Shown here: in pieces, positions 37,421-50,406 of the stretch | Layout: each line of letters begins with the position of its first letter | Numbering within the stretch: position 1 is the stretch's first letter | Position numbers and translations under genes: made by a program | NCBI GenBank assembly: GCA_039030515.1 | Contig: JBCCEA010000014.1 | Location: 1 to 64,000, forward strand | DNA length: 64,000 nucleotides | Origin: Myxococcota bacterium | Lineage (GTDB): Bacteria; Myxococcota_A; Polyangia; Polyangiales; Houyiibacteriaceae | Direction of reading: 5' to 3' | The notes under the pieces: generated by a model | Database searches by the model: none | What the model was told of the DNA's origin: nothing | Seen by the model: the letters and a program-made list of their open reading frames with translations, nothing else

Positions 37421-39787
37421 ATGGCTCGCAGAAAACGCACCAAATCCTCGTCCAGCTTGGCCGAAGACGTTGTCGGCCCGATCGACGACGCCTCGCTCGC
37501 TGAAGAGACGCAGCGACGTTATCTCAATTACGCGCTGAGTGTGATTACCTCGCGGGCGCTGCCGGATGTGCGCGACGGACTCAAGCCGGTGCAGCGCCGC
37601 ATCTTGTACACCATGCTGAACGAGCTTCGACTCCGACACGATGTGAAGTACCGCAAGAGTGCCGCCATTGTCGGTGACGTCATGGGTAAATTCCACCCGC
37701 ACGGGGACTCTGCAATCTACGATGCGCTCGTACGTCTCGCTCAAGAGTTCACGATGCAGGCGCCGCTCGTAGACGGACGAGGCAATTTCGGTTCTCCAGA
37801 CGGTGATGCAGCAGCGGCCATGCGGTACACCGAAGCGAGACTCACCAAGCTTTCTGAAGAACTACTGGTCGAGCTTGGAAAACGCACGGTTTCGTTTCGT
37901 CCAAACTACGACGGAACGCGATTTGAGCCGGTCGTGTTGCCCGCTCGTTTTCCCAATCTGCTGGTCAACGGTTCCCAAGGAATCGCAGTCGGGATGGCAA
38001 CCTCGATCCCCCCGCACAACCTTGGAGAGGTGATCTCGGCGTGTTTGGCGATGATCGACGATCCCGATCTCGATACGCGCAATATTCTCAAACACGTGAA
38101 AGGGCCTGATTTTCCAACCGGCGGTCAGCTTGTCTGTAGTCGAGCCGAACTCGCTCGCGTGTATGAAAGCGGACACGGCTCTCTTCGCTTGCGTGGCGCT
38201 TGGAAAAAGGAGCCTCGTCGTGGCGGCGGGTTCGACCTGATAATTCACTCGATTCCCTACACGGTGGAGCGACGCGCCGTCGTAGAAAAGATCGCCGATG
38301 TCATACGCAGCAAGAAACTCCCTGCAGTGCAGGATGTTCGCGACGAGAGCACAGAGGAATGTCGTATCGTTTGTGAGCTAAAGAAAGACACCGAGTTCGA
38401 TCTCGTGATGGCGTATCTCTATAAGCATACGCCTTTAGCGACCAATGTGAGCGTCAATCTCACGTGCTTGGTGCCTACAGACAATCCAGAAATTTCAGCT
38501 CCAGAACGGGTCTCTCTCTTTAGGACGCTGCGGCATTTTCTCGATTTTCGCATGGAAGTCGTCACCAAGAGGCTGCAGTTCGACCTGCAGAAACTTGAGG
38601 AGCGCATTCACATTCTCGAGGGACTCGTCGTTATTTTCGAGTTTCTCGATGAGGCCATTCGGATCATTCGTAAGTCCGACGGAAAAAAAGATGCGGCTCA
38701 GAAACTAATGCGCCGCTTCGAGCTGGATGAGCTTCAAGTCGAGGCGATTCTCGAGCTCCGTCTTTATAAACTGGCCAAACTCGAAATCCTGCTCATTCGT
38801 CAAGAGCTACAAGACAAAGAAAAACAAGCCGGGAAGATACGTGCCCTACTCAAGAGTGACTCTGGGCGCTGGAAATTGATCCGTAGTGAGTTGAACGAGC
38901 TTAAGGCAGAGTTTGCGAGGCCGAGGCGAACCAAGATTGTGGCGAACGTTCAAGAGCCCGACTACGACGCGCAAGCCTACATCGTCGATGAAGACGCCAT
39001 GGTGCTGATCAGCGTGCAGGGATGGCTCAAACGACAGCAACGCATTCGTGACCTTGCAACCACTCGGGTTCGGGAGGGTGATCGGGTGATGGAGGTGGTC
39101 GCCGGATCGACCAAGAGCTCGGTGGCTTTGTTCTCCTCGGCGGGCATCTGCTACGTCCAGCGACTTGTCGATATTCCCCAGACAAGCGGTTACGGCGTTC
39201 CCGTACAAACGCTGCTCAAGATGGGGGACGGGGAACGGATCGTGGCGATGACGAGCTTCGACGCCCGTTTCTTGAACGTTCCTGAACCGTCAGACGAGAC
39301 CCAAGAACCCGAGGAGCCTTTGGCGCTAGTGGTGACCGCACTCGGAAAATCACTGCGCTTTTCTCTTCGCAACCATCGCGAGCCGTCGACAAAAAGCGGT
39401 AGAAGATTCTGTCGACTCAAATCAGGTGACGAGGTGATCTACTGCGGCGTCTCTCAACCAGGAACGACTGTGGCCGTGGCTACCGCGGGTGGCCGAGCGC
39501 TTCTTTGCAGTATCGATGAAGTTGCTGTTCTTGGAGGACCAGGGCAGGGGGTCACGCTCATCCGCCTTCAGGACGAAGATCGTGTGGTTGCAGCCCGCTT
39601 GCTTGCCGCGCGTGATGACGCCTTGGTGGTCAAGCGGCTCAATGGAAGCGACTACCCAATCTCAAAGCGCAAATACGAAACGGTCTCCCGCGGCGGTAAA
39701 GGGCATGCGCTGTTTAAGCGTGGCTCTGTCGAGAGACCGGTCGAGGCAGAGGTGGTCCTTCCCGAGTTTCCAGCGGAGGAGAATTGA
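37421..39787 (+). CDS. parC: Type IIA DNA topoisomerase subunit A (probably topoisomerase IV-like)
   Basis: [35 protein letters not shown]; no GyrA-box at the start of the CTD. The family is clear; parC versus gyrA is inferred. Confidence 0.85.
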   Translation: MARRKRTKSSSSLAEDVVGPIDDASLAEETQRRYLNYALSVITSRALPDVRDGLKPVQRRILYTMLNELRLRHDVKYRKSAAIVGDVMGKFHPHGDSAIYDALVRLAQEFTMQAPLVDGRGNFGSPDGDAAAAMRYTEARLTKLSEELLVELGKRTVSFRPNYDGTRFEPVVLPARFPNLLVNGSQGIAVGMATSIPPHNLGEVISACLAMIDDPDLDTRNILKHVKGPDFPTGGQLVCSRAELARVYESGHGSLRLRGAWKKEPRRGGGFDLIIHSIPYTVERRAVVEKIADVIRSKKLPAVQDVRDESTEECRIVCELKKDTEFDLVMAYLYKHTPLATNVSVNLTCLVPTDNPEISAPERVSLFRTLRHFLDFRMEVVTKRLQFDLQKLEERIHILEGLVVIFEFLDEAIRIIRKSDGKKDAAQKLMRRFELDELQVEAILELRLYKLAKLEILLIRQELQDKEKQAGKIRALLKSDSGRWKLIRSELNELKAEFARPRRTKIVANVQEPDYDAQAYIVDEDAMVLISVQGWLKRQQRIRDLATTRVREGDRVMEVVAGSTKSSVALFSSAGICYVQRLVDIPQTSGYGVPVQTLLKMGDGERIVAMTSFDARFLNVPEPSDETQEPEEPLALVVTALGKSLRFSLRNHREPSTKSGRRFCRLKSGDEVIYCGVSQPGTTVAVATAGGRALLCSIDEVAVLGGPGQGVTLIRLQDEDRVVAARLLAARDDALVVKRLNGSDYPISKRKYETVSRGGKGHALFKRGSVERPVEAEVVLPEFPAEEN

Positions 39788-41703
39788 TGGCCGAAACCAG
39801 CTACAGCGCGCGCGACATCGATGTGCTCGAGGGGCTCGAACCCGTTCGCAAGCGTCCGGCGATGTACATCGGCGGTACGGACGCTTCCGGGTTTCACCAT
39901 CTGCTCTGGGAGATTGTCGACAACTCCGTGGATGAGGCGATCAACGGGCATGCATCGCGCATAGAAGTGACGCTTGATGCTGATTTTAGGGGTGCCTCCA
40001 TCTCCGATAACGGGCGGGGTATTCCTGTTGATATTCATCCTAAGCATAAGAAATCTGCACTGGAACTTATCCTAACTACGCTACATGCAGGTGGTAAATT
40101 CGAGGGAAAGAGCTACCAAGTCTCCGGAGGTTTGCACGGCGTAGGAAGTTCAGTTGTAAACGCTCTGAGCTCAGAGCTGACCGCTACCGTTCGTCGAGAG
40201 GGAAAAGAGTACATCCAAACCTACGAGCGCGGCGTCCCAACTGCCAAGCTTAGCCGAGGTAAAAAGGCTAGCGGCAGAGGCACAACGATTTACTTTCGTC
40301 CCGACGAATCTATTTTCGGCACGAAGGCCCGATTCGATCCGGGTGTTGTCAAGGATCGACTCGAAGCCAAGAGCTACCTGCACAGGGGACTTCGTATCGT
40401 TTTTCGAGACGAAGGCTCAAAAGAGCGGATCGAATTTCACCATCCAGACGGGATTCGTGAGTTTCTCGAAAAAGAGGTTCGCAGTAGCGGAAAACCTCCA
40501 GTTCACGCAGAGGTGTTTCATGTTGAACGGGAGGAAGAGCCCAAGTTTGAGCTGGCCTTGCTTTGGACTGAGGCGCCCACGGATAGGTTGCGCAGCTATG
40601 CGAACGGTATACCGACGGCTAGTGGCGGCACCCATGAGAACGCACTGAAGCAAGCACTAAACAAGGCTGTCCGCGCGTACATGGCCAGCTGCAAACTCAC
40701 GCCCAAAGGGGTGCAGGTGTCGGCTGAGGATATCCGCGAGGGCGTTTTCGCGGTCCTGAGCGCCTATATTCGCGAACCTCAGTTTCAAGGACAGACCAAG
40801 GATCGTCTCAACAATCCGGAGATTACCGCGCCGATCGAAGGAGCGATCCGTACCGCTCTTGAGCAGTGGCTGCTCGAGAACAAGAGCATGGCAGAGTCGG
40901 TGGTCGCCCGTATCGTACTGTCGGCCCGGGCCCGTCAAGCAAGTCGAGCCGCCAGTCAGCAAGTTCTTCGCAAGACCGCGGTGAGCCATCGCCTAAATCT
41001 GCCCGGTAAACTCGCGGACTGCGCCAGCACCGATCCAAACGAGAGCGAACTGTTCCTGGTCGAGGGCGACAGTGCAGGCGGCAACGCCAAGCAAGGACGC
41101 GACCGCCGAACGCAGGCGATCTTGCCGCTTCGAGGCAAGGTACTCAACGCCTGGCGTGCAAGTCGCCAGCAGATCTTGGGCAATAAAGAGCTTTCAGACG
41201 TGGTCAGTGCCCTCGGATGCGGGATCGGTAAAGATTTCGATATTCGAAAGCTCCGCTATTCCAAGGTCTTTCTGCTCATGGATGCGGACAGCGATGGGCA
41301 TCATATTGCGACCCTCCTCCTCACCTTCTTCTATCGAATGCTTCCCGGATTGGTTCGCGCCGGGCATGTTTATTTGGCGCAACCACCTCTGTACCGAGTG
41401 GATGCAGCCAAGCAGACTTATTGGGCGCTGGACGACGGCGAGCGAGATCAGGTACTAAGCGGTCTGCCCAAGAACGTGAATGCCGACGTAAGCCGATTCA
41501 AGGGGCTGGGAGAGATGACGGCGGCAGAGCTCAGAGACACCACGCTCGATAAAGCCAGGCGAAGGGCACTCCGAGTCACGATCGACGGTGAGCTCGAAAC
41601 CGACCGAGTTTTTGAGGAGTTGATGGGTAAAGATGCTTCCTCTCGCTACCAGTTCATCATGGATCACGCGCCTCGGGCGGATGTTGGCGATTTGGACGTT
41701 TGA
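39787..41703 (+). CDS. parE: Type IIA DNA topoisomerase subunit B (probably topoisomerase IV-like)
   Basis: LEGLEPVRKRPAMYIG, EIVDNSVDE, DNGRGIP, SGGLHGVG, EGDSAGG, PLRGK, DADSDG, RFKGLGEM. Confidence 0.85.
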   Translation: MAETSYSARDIDVLEGLEPVRKRPAMYIGGTDASGFHHLLWEIVDNSVDEAINGHASRIEVTLDADFRGASISDNGRGIPVDIHPKHKKSALELILTTLHAGGKFEGKSYQVSGGLHGVGSSVVNALSSELTATVRREGKEYIQTYERGVPTAKLSRGKKASGRGTTIYFRPDESIFGTKARFDPGVVKDRLEAKSYLHRGLRIVFRDEGSKERIEFHHPDGIREFLEKEVRSSGKPPVHAEVFHVEREEEPKFELALLWTEAPTDRLRSYANGIPTASGGTHENALKQALNKAVRAYMASCKLTPKGVQVSAEDIREGVFAVLSAYIREPQFQGQTKDRLNNPEITAPIEGAIRTALEQWLLENKSMAESVVARIVLSARARQASRAASQQVLRKTAVSHRLNLPGKLADCASTDPNESELFLVEGDSAGGNAKQGRDRRTQAILPLRGKVLNAWRASRQQILGNKELSDVVSALGCGIGKDFDIRKLRYSKVFLLMDADSDGHHIATLLLTFFYRMLPGLVRAGHVYLAQPPLYRVDAAKQTYWALDDGERDQVLSGLPKNVNADVSRFKGLGEMTAAELRDTTLDKARRRALRVTIDGELETDRVFEELMGKDASSRYQFIMDHAPRADVGDLDV

Positions 41704-41774
41704 GGCCTTGCCCCTGCCCGGGGTGTGCAGTCTCTCGCGCATAGTTGTGCAACCACCTGTCGATAGGGTGTAAG

Positions 41775-43325
41775 ATGCCGTCATCCATGCAAACTCGCGG
41801 TGGGAAGCTTAGGGGCCCGTTGCGTGACGCGGTGGTTTTCGCCATCGCTTCTGTCCTATTGTATCCCGTGGCCACGCCCTCTGCTCGGGAGGCAACGAGT
41901 TCCCGAGCGCCTTTCGGCGATCTTCAGAGCTGGCTGATGTTCACTCCCTCGCGTGCCGCCGCACAGGAATCGAGGGCAGAGGACATGTCCGAGCCGAAGA
42001 TGCAGGGTGAGCCGTGGCTTCTTTCGGGAGATGCCTCTTTTGCGCTTCCTCTGACCGAACCCCAATCGGATTGGTTCGGGCCGGGCGCAACGGTTGGACT
42101 TTCGGTGCAGCGTGGATTGTTTCCTTGGCTCACCGCAGGGCTTCGCTTCCGTTTTGGCTTTTTGTCCGACGGAGATGCGCCAGACGAAACCCTGCAGGAT
42201 CCCGGATTAGGTTCTTTTTACATCGCCAGTGCTCTGCTTCGCGTGCGACCTCTCGGCTCCAGAAGGGATCCTGCGCGAGGTACAGGTCTGTACCTGGAAG
42301 GCGCTCTCGGAGGAGGCTTCACCGGAGAGGATTTAAGGCCAGCGATCGAGCTCGGTGCAGGGTACGGTTTTGAGGTGGGATCGGTAGATATCGGTCCTGT
42401 GATTCGCTTTCTCCAAATCATCGAGAGCACGGATGCGCTTGACAACCGCGATGCGCGTCTGTTGCTTCTCGGTGTAGAAGCGACTCTCTTCGACCGACGC
42501 AAGCGACCGCCTGTTGTTCCCGTGGTCCGTTCCGATCGAGATGAGGACGGCCTGTACGATGAGGACGATGCGTGTCCAGATCTGCCTGAGGACTTTGACG
42601 GGTTTGAAGACGAAGATGGCTGTCCGGATCTCGATGACGATGCGGACGGTATTCCTGATACGGAAGATCAGTGCCGTCTGGAGCCCGAAGATCGAGATGG
42701 TTTTGAGGACGAAGACGGTTGCCCAGATCCTGATGATGATTCCGACGGTTTCCTAGATATCGACGATTTGTGTCCCAATGAGCCGGAAGTGGTCAACGGA
42801 GTCGAGGATGATGACGGGTGTCCGGATGAAGGGCTCATCGAACTCATCAACGATCGCATCGTATTGGAGGAGCGGGTTTTATTCGATTTCGATCGCGTTA
42901 GAATCAAGAGTCGAGGCCATGCCGTTCTAGGTGCGATCATTCAGTTATGGAGGCTTCATCCGGAGTGGGCTCAAGTGGTGATCGAAGGTCATGCAGACGT
43001 GCGCGGTACCGCGGAACACAATCTCGACCTCAGCGAAAGGCGGGCCGCGAAAGTACGACAAGCTCTGGTAGAGATGGGCATGCCCGCTGAGATGCTGACC
43101 AGCGTCGGATATGGCGAGGAGCATCCGCGAGACCTGCGTGCGGTAGATGACGCGCACCAAAGAAATCGTCGGGTTGAGTTTGTCATCACGGCGCGACACC
43201 CGCCTTCTGAGGCCCCCCCGGCTGACTTAGGGCAAACCCCAGGGGAGGGCGCCACCGCGGCTCAACCGTTAGAGAAATCGTCGGACCGCGGTCCTTGGAA
43301 CACCGAGCGGGTGGGCGCCCAATGA
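41775..43325 (+). CDS. OmpA family protein: beta-barrel, thrombospondin type 3 repeats and OmpA C-terminal domain
   Basis: DxDxDG...D.CP...ED.DGF.DEDGCP repeats; IEGHAD, NLDLSERRA, GYGE, NRRVEF. Confidence 0.93.
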   Translation: MPSSMQTRGGKLRGPLRDAVVFAIASVLLYPVATPSAREATSSRAPFGDLQSWLMFTPSRAAAQESRAEDMSEPKMQGEPWLLSGDASFALPLTEPQSDWFGPGATVGLSVQRGLFPWLTAGLRFRFGFLSDGDAPDETLQDPGLGSFYIASALLRVRPLGSRRDPARGTGLYLEGALGGGFTGEDLRPAIELGAGYGFEVGSVDIGPVIRFLQIIESTDALDNRDARLLLLGVEATLFDRRKRPPVVPVVRSDRDEDGLYDEDDACPDLPEDFDGFEDEDGCPDLDDDADGIPDTEDQCRLEPEDRDGFEDEDGCPDPDDDSDGFLDIDDLCPNEPEVVNGVEDDDGCPDEGLIELINDRIVLEERVLFDFDRVRIKSRGHAVLGAIIQLWRLHPEWAQVVIEGHADVRGTAEHNLDLSERRAAKVRQALVEMGMPAEMLTSVGYGEEHPRDLRAVDDAHQRNRRVEFVITARHPPSEAPPADLGQTPGEGATAAQPLEKSSDRGPWNTERVGAQ

Positions 43326-44731
43326 GCAGGATGCGCATGATCGGCCGAGCGACTGTACAGGTCATTCTGGGTTTGTTTGCGGTTCTCGATGGCTGTGGCA
43401 GCTCCGTGGTGGGCGGAGAATGTCGTGACGGTTTGACGGTCTGCTCGGGCAGGTGTGTGGACCTCAGCTTGGATCCATCGCATTGCGGGGCGTGTAATAA
43501 CGTCTGTCCCGCTGCATGCTCGAATGCCACCTGTACCGCGGCAGATATAGATGGTGCTGTTCTAGATGGGGCGATAGACGATGCAGCGGTAGACGGAAGC
43601 GCAGATGGAGGCGGACCGCTCCCGGATGGTCAAATCACGCCCGATTCTGGTCTGACAGACGGCGGAGAGTCCGATGGGGAGGTGTCTGACGGTGCCCTCC
43701 TTCTGGATGGATCTGTCGACGGCGCGACGGGTTTGGATGGCGCGACAGGTTTGGATGGCGCGACGGGTCAGGATGGTTCCATGGGAGATGCGTCGGTCTC
43801 GATGGATGCCGGAATCTGCGTTTGCGGGATTGGTGAGGTGTGCTGCGGCGTCGACTGCGTGGATCCTCGTTTCTCCTCAACACACTGCGGCGTGTGCGAC
43901 AATACGTGCGGCACCGGACAACTGTGTGGCGTGAACCCTCCAGGCAGCGATCCGGTCGCGAGTTGTGTCGATATATGTCCCGCGCCCTTAGTCTCCTGCG
44001 GTGATTTCTGTCTAGATTTGTCGATCGACGATCCCACAAATTGCGGTGGATGCGGGATTTCCTGTTCGAGCGGAATCTGTACAGATGGCGCGTGCCAAGG
44101 GTCGCTCGCTGCCCATGTGGTGGTGATCGGGCACGACTTCACCCAGAGCCTTGCAGCCATGGACAATCTGCTCGCGAACGCAGTGTTCTTATCGCGAACG
44201 ATTCAAACGCCGGTCCGGGTGCTCGTATACGAGGGAACCGCAGGAGTCACTTCGATCGGCAACATACAAAGCGCGATCAATAGCGCGGCAATAGCCTGGA
44301 CTCCTCAGCCCGTTTCATCGGCACAGGAGATCACGAGATCCCTCGCGAACGCAAATGTCCTGCTCTTTTATCCTCAGCCAGGCATGTCTGATGTCGAGCT
44401 TGAACTGCTCGGTGCGCCCTTGACGTTGGCACTACAGCAGTTCGTAGAGCGAGGCGGAGTGATCGTTCTTCTCGACACGCATTCAGAGTTCAACTCGGGT
44501 ACGTATCAAATACTGCAGTCTGCCGGTCAGTTTGTGGCAAGTAGCGTCGAAGAAGTGTCTGGAGCCACGGTTCGAGTGGTCCGTGCTGGCGATGCGGTCG
44601 CGCTCGGTGTGACCACGATGTACGTCGCACAACCGACAAGCGTGTCGTTTGAAGGAACGACCGTGAATGCAGTGGTGGCCGGGGATGACGGGCCGGTTGT
44701 GCTGCACGAGGCGATCAATCCTCCGCTCTAA
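43322..44731 (+). CDS. Cys-rich (myxobacterial/STIG1-like repeat) exported protein, possible lipoprotein
   Basis: CVDLSLDPSHCGACNNVC-type repeats, Asp-Gly-rich linker with an 18-bp x3 repeat (43718-43771), globular C-terminal domain. Confidence 0.75.
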   Translation: MSRMRMIGRATVQVILGLFAVLDGCGSSVVGGECRDGLTVCSGRCVDLSLDPSHCGACNNVCPAACSNATCTAADIDGAVLDGAIDDAAVDGSADGGGPLPDGQITPDSGLTDGGESDGEVSDGALLLDGSVDGATGLDGATGLDGATGQDGSMGDASVSMDAGICVCGIGEVCCGVDCVDPRFSSTHCGVCDNTCGTGQLCGVNPPGSDPVASCVDICPAPLVSCGDFCLDLSIDDPTNCGGCGISCSSGICTDGACQGSLAAHVVVIGHDFTQSLAAMDNLLANAVFLSRTIQTPVRVLVYEGTAGVTSIGNIQSAINSAAIAWTPQPVSSAQEITRSLANANVLLFYPQPGMSDVELELLGAPLTLALQQFVERGGVIVLLDTHSEFNSGTYQILQSAGQFVASSVEEVSGATVRVVRAGDAVALGVTTMYVAQPTSVSFEGTTVNAVVAGDDGPVVLHEAINPPL

Positions 44732-44935
44732 GATTTGCTGCCGCGCTTTTGGAATACAGGCCGCTCCAGCGGAACGATGCCGCGCTGGGGTCAGGATCTC
44801 CACGTTCGGGGCTCGAAGCACGAGTTATGATGTCTTCGTTTCTGCCTGTTTTTTGACCTCGGCAGCGGTCTTTGGTCAAACACTTACATAACCGCTTCGA
44901 TGAGCCTCAGTATTGTTTGGGCTCGTGGAGGACTG

Positions 44936-46111
44936 ATGGATACCCCGAACTCGACATGTACTGTTTGTGGTCGCTCATTCAAGGTGCGTTTTCGCTATCA
45001 GGTGCAGGAGTCCTCATCGGGCAAGTTTGAATATTTCTGCTCACAGGCTTGCCAACAACATCATTCCGAGGGCGACTGCACTTGTGTCGAATGCGGATCT
45101 AAGTTTTCGTTGGAATATGCGTTCCAGCTTGCGGTGGTCGATCGAACTCCAACGCACTGGTGCTCAACTCAGTGTCGTAGTCAGTGGGAGGAAGCACGCC
45201 GGAACCAGGGCAATGATGTGTCGATCAAGCGTGCTCGCCGAATCGCGGTATTCAATCACAAAGGAGGTACCGCCAAGACTACGACAGCGGTCAATCTAGC
45301 CGCCGGAATTGCAGAACGAGGATTGTCTACGCTCATCGTGGACGCAGATGGCCAAGGCAACGTCGGAGCATCCTTGGGTATATCCGGAGAAAAGTCGCTT
45401 TATCATGTGCTCGTCCAGGGATTAGATATTTCTCAAGTTGCGATCCCGGTGCGTGAGAACTTGGATGTGATCACGTCCAATGCCACCTTGGCTTCCGCCG
45501 AAATTCATCTCGCTTCTTTGCCCAATCGCCATCGAATTATGAGAGATCGGCTCAGTCAAAACTCCAAGGATTACGACGTGATCGTGATCGATTGTGCTCC
45601 GGCACTCTCGCTTATGAATCAAAATGCGTTGTTTTACGCGGACAGCGTAGTAGTGCCGGTGGGATGCGACTATCTCTCGCTGCTCGGTGTCAAACAGGTG
45701 CTCCAAACACTCAAAGACGTACGACGTCTCTTGGCACACGACATCCGTCTTTTGGGGGTACTCCCAACATTTTTTGACAGACGTAACCGCATTTCAGTTC
45801 AGTCTTTAGAGACACTACAGAAGCACTTTGGTGAGCGTTGTCTGCCTCCCATTCGTGTCAATACCCGACTCCGAGAAGCACCTAGTGCGAGGCAAACGAT
45901 ATTCGAGTTTGCACCTCAGTCGAATGGAGCATCGGATTATGCGGGTCTAGTGCAGCATATTTGGGAAACAGGAGGGTTGGATGGAGTCAGATCAAAAGAG
46001 CACGCAGAAGAGCGCGATGAGCAACATGTTCTCTCCAGAAGAAGTGAAGGAGGTGCTGCAGGAAACCTTCTACAAGGCGCCCACCAGGGTGCACCGGCAG
46101 CGCAAGGCTAA
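44936..46111 (+). CDS. ParA/Soj family ATPase with two N-terminal TRASH/YHS-like Cys motifs
   Basis: CTVCG...FCSQAC and CVECG...WCSTQC, then [32 protein letters not shown]. Confidence 0.9.
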   Translation: MDTPNSTCTVCGRSFKVRFRYQVQESSSGKFEYFCSQACQQHHSEGDCTCVECGSKFSLEYAFQLAVVDRTPTHWCSTQCRSQWEEARRNQGNDVSIKRARRIAVFNHKGGTAKTTTAVNLAAGIAERGLSTLIVDADGQGNVGASLGISGEKSLYHVLVQGLDISQVAIPVRENLDVITSNATLASAEIHLASLPNRHRIMRDRLSQNSKDYDVIVIDCAPALSLMNQNALFYADSVVVPVGCDYLSLLGVKQVLQTLKDVRRLLAHDIRLLGVLPTFFDRRNRISVQSLETLQKHFGERCLPPIRVNTRLREAPSARQTIFEFAPQSNGASDYAGLVQHIWETGGLDGVRSKEHAEERDEQHVLSRRSEGGAAGNLLQGAHQGAPAAQG

Positions 46112-46286
46112 GAAGCCAACTCACTACGAAGTTATCTGTATTTCCCTCTACAAAGAGGACTTGGGACGTCTTGATGGGATGGTAAGCGAGCTAAAAGAGC
46201 AGGGGCATCGTAAGATGAGCCGAAGCGCTTTGATTCGCTTTGCTCTAGACAGCGTAGATTTGACGTCACTACCAAAGGGTTATTGA
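45981..46286 (+). CDS. Small ParA-partner protein, ribbon-helix-helix-like
   Basis: [22 protein letters not shown]...[16 protein letters not shown] upstream of ATG 45981 (alternative ATG at 46017). Confidence 0.7.
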   Translation: MESDQKSTQKSAMSNMFSPEEVKEVLQETFYKAPTRVHRQRKAKKPTHYEVICISLYKEDLGRLDGMVSELKEQGHRKMSRSALIRFALDSVDLTSLPKGY

Positions 46287-46440
46287 GCAAGGAGCTATTG
46301 AAAATCTGGGTTCTGGATGAGGTCGTTATCCGGTTGTTTCCTTGACTGCTGTTTTGGCTCAGTTCTCCCCGGGTCGCGTTTTCGTTCAGATGTGTTTCGG
46401 ATTTTCTTTGCGACTGCTCCCTGCCCAGGGCTCGATGGAC

Positions 46441-46776
46441 CTAGCCTAGTTTCCGCAAGTTCTGCTGCCCCTGCGTGTCACCAATGTCCCCAGAGAACAG
46501 CTCCAATAAATTGGGTGCATCCATCGCGATCCAAGCCGCACGCTCTCGAAACTCAAACGCCAACGCGTCGCTGATCGTCGTACCGTCTTCAAGAACTCGA
46601 CGCACGGTTTGATGCACTGTCATATAGCTAGAGAGACGCTCTCCGAACGACTTCCGATCGAGTCTAGTCACAAGGTAGGTTCCGAATTTGACATACGTTC
46701 CTACCGACCGATCGCCAAAGCGGCGAGCAAAGCGAGTTTCATAAGCGCGAAAAGCGGTGTTCTTGTTCAGTTCCAT
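46441..46776 (-). CDS. Hypothetical protein
   Basis: 111-aa ATG ORF with natural composition, filling an intergenic gap. Confidence 0.6.
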   Translation of the reverse strand: MELNKNTAFRAYETRFARRFGDRSVGTYVKFGTYLVTRLDRKSFGERLSSYMTVHQTVRRVLEDGTTISDALAFEFRERAAWIAMDAPNLLELFSGDIGDTQGQQNLRKLG

Positions 46777-46832
46777 CAGAAAGCCTTAAACATGTGATCT
46801 CAGCGAACCGCAGATGGTGTTCCTTCAAGCTA

Positions 46833-46848
46833 TGCGTATTTCATGCCA
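46833..46848 (-). promoter_or_regulatory. Possible sigma-54 (-24/-12) promoter for the 46441-46776 gene
   Basis: TGGCATG-AAAT-ACGCA has the correct GG-N10-GC spacing, but the TT before GC is not conserved. Confidence 0.3.
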
Positions 46849-46998
46849 ACGTGCCCAGAGGGTTCCTGGTTCCTGCCGCTTCGGCGCGAAAACATCGGTC
46901 TCCGTCGCGTTTCAACAGTCTGCGGGTTCGGCTTTACGGTCCACTTTGGCGCGCTAAGCTGGCGCCGGCGTCATTTTTGGAGCTAGATCCGAACCTGA

Positions 46999-48471
<1,473 letters not shown>

Positions 48472-48509
48472 CTTCGACCTGCTTCCCCGGTCGTGTTACA
48501 CGCTTCCGC

Positions 48510-50054
48510 ATGCTGCGCCGCCCCGTACTGATCATTGACTTCGGCTCTCAATACACTCAGCTGATCGCTCGCCGAGTGCGTGAGCAGCACGTCTACTGTT
48601 GCATTCAGCCGTGCACACTCGCATTCGAGGCGCTTTTGGAACTCAGGCCCTACGCTCTGATTTTATCGGGTGGGCCCGCGAGTGTTTTTGCTCCGGGGGC
48701 GCCTCAGATCGATTCCAGAATCTTTGAGATGAATATACCTATCTTGGGCATTTGCTACGGAATGCAGCTCATGGCTCAAATCTTAGGAGGGGATGTCGAG
48801 GCGGCAGGAGAGCGGGAATATGGTCCTTCGACGCTCCGCATTACTCAGAGTAGGGGGATGTTCCGTGGCTTCGCTTCAGGAGAAACTACGGAGGTCTGGA
48901 TGAGTCACGGGGATCGAGTCAAGTCGCTCCCCAGCGGTTTTGAAGTCCTCGGAGTGAGTTCCAATAGTCCCTTTGCGGCGGTTGGAAACGCGAATGACGG
49001 GTTTTATGCTTTGCAGTTTCATCCCGAGGTTGTCCACACTTCAAGGGGCACTGAGATGCTCCGGTCGTTCCTGTTCGAAGTTGTGGGGTGCCCCGCGGAT
49101 TGGACTCCTGGATCCTTTGTGGCGGAGTCAGTGGAGCATATTCGCGCCCAGGTCGGCTCGGCAGGTGCGGTTTGTGGGCTTTCTGGAGGTGTAGACTCTG
49201 CCGTTGCCGCAATGCTCGTTTCACGTGCGATCGGTGAACGACTGACCTGCGTGTTCGTGGACAATGGTTTGTTACGGCAAGACGAAGCGAACCAAGTAGT
49301 GCGTACCTTCCGCGACCAGCTGGGGTTGAACCTAGTTCACGTCGATGCTGCCGACGAATTTCTTTGCGCGCTTGATGGTGTTTCTGATCCAGAGCAGAAG
49401 AGAAAAGTAATCGGCAGGGTATTTGTCGATGTATTCGAGCGAGAAGCCAAGAAGCTGTCCAATGTTGACTATTTAGTTCAAGGCACTCTTTATCCAGATG
49501 TGATCGAGAGTGTTTCTTTCAAAGGACCGAGCGCAGTCATCAAGAGCCATCACAACGTGGGCGGATTGCCCGATCGCATGGCACTGGCTTTGGTTGAGCC
49601 GCTTCGAGAGCTTTTTAAGGATGAAGTTCGCGCAATCGGTAAGGAACTCGGCATGGCTTCCGAAGTGCTTTCTCGACAGCCGTTTCCCGGTCCGGGTTTG
49701 GCAGTTCGCTGTCTCGGAACCCTATCTGACGAACGTCTGCGTATCCTTCGGGAAGCCGATTCCATCTTCGAACAGGAGATTCGTCGAGCCGGGCTCTACG
49801 ACTGCGTCTGGCAGGCCTTTTGCGTGTTGGTGCCGGTGAAGACGGTAGGCGTGATGGGAGACAATCGTACCTATGAGTACGTGATCGCCCTTCGTGCAGT
49901 GGACTCTAAAGATGGCATGACCGCCGACTGGTCGCGCTTGCCCTTCGACCTGCTGGCGAAAGTTTCCTCGCGGATCATCAATGAAGTGCGAGGCTGCAAT
50001 CGAGTGGTCTACGATATCTCCTCGAAACCCCCCGCAACCATCGAGTGGGAATAA
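48510..50054 (+). CDS. guaA: GMP synthase (glutamine-hydrolysing)
   Basis: [49 protein letters not shown]. Confidence 0.98.
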   Translation: MLRRPVLIIDFGSQYTQLIARRVREQHVYCCIQPCTLAFEALLELRPYALILSGGPASVFAPGAPQIDSRIFEMNIPILGICYGMQLMAQILGGDVEAAGEREYGPSTLRITQSRGMFRGFASGETTEVWMSHGDRVKSLPSGFEVLGVSSNSPFAAVGNANDGFYALQFHPEVVHTSRGTEMLRSFLFEVVGCPADWTPGSFVAESVEHIRAQVGSAGAVCGLSGGVDSAVAAMLVSRAIGERLTCVFVDNGLLRQDEANQVVRTFRDQLGLNLVHVDAADEFLCALDGVSDPEQKRKVIGRVFVDVFEREAKKLSNVDYLVQGTLYPDVIESVSFKGPSAVIKSHHNVGGLPDRMALALVEPLRELFKDEVRAIGKELGMASEVLSRQPFPGPGLAVRCLGTLSDERLRILREADSIFEQEIRRAGLYDCVWQAFCVLVPVKTVGVMGDNRTYEYVIALRAVDSKDGMTADWSRLPFDLLAKVSSRIINEVRGCNRVVYDISSKPPATIEWE

Positions 50055-50066
50055 CTTCGGTCGCCT

Positions 50067-50399
50067 GTGCAGCACTACTTTTGGAGAGTTGTTCTTCGTG
50101 GAGTTCCCGCTGTTGGACTCCTACCCTTCTTTATACTCTCGTCGTGCAACATCGAGTCAAACTTTAGCCGTTTGCCTGCATCCCTTCGCGTGGTCACCGA
50201 ACCACCTGAGGCGCGGGTCTACATCAACGGTCAATTTGTCGGGCAAGGGCACGTCTTAGAAGCGCAGCCTGCTGAGCTCCGAGTCGGCGAGAGTTTTATG
50301 ACCGTTCAGAGTCCAGGCTATTTTCCCCACGATCTTCGTCTCGAACTCGTGCCGGGTGTCACGAAGGTTGAGGTTCGATTGCGTCCCGTGCCTCTGTAA
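50067..50399 (+). CDS. PEGA-domain lipoprotein
   Basis: ILSSC lipobox; LRVVTEPPEARVYING...VQSPGY. Confidence 0.75.
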   Translation: MQHYFWRVVLRGVPAVGLLPFFILSSCNIESNFSRLPASLRVVTEPPEARVYINGQFVGQGHVLEAQPAELRVGESFMTVQSPGYFPHDLRLELVPGVTKVEVRLRPVPL

Positions 50400-50406
50400 T
50401 TGAGCA

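Noticed and set aside
42530..42830. Repetitive DNA in the OmpA gene as a novel array
   Set aside because: Explained by thrombospondin type 3 Ca-binding repeats, which are common in myxobacterial OmpA proteins.
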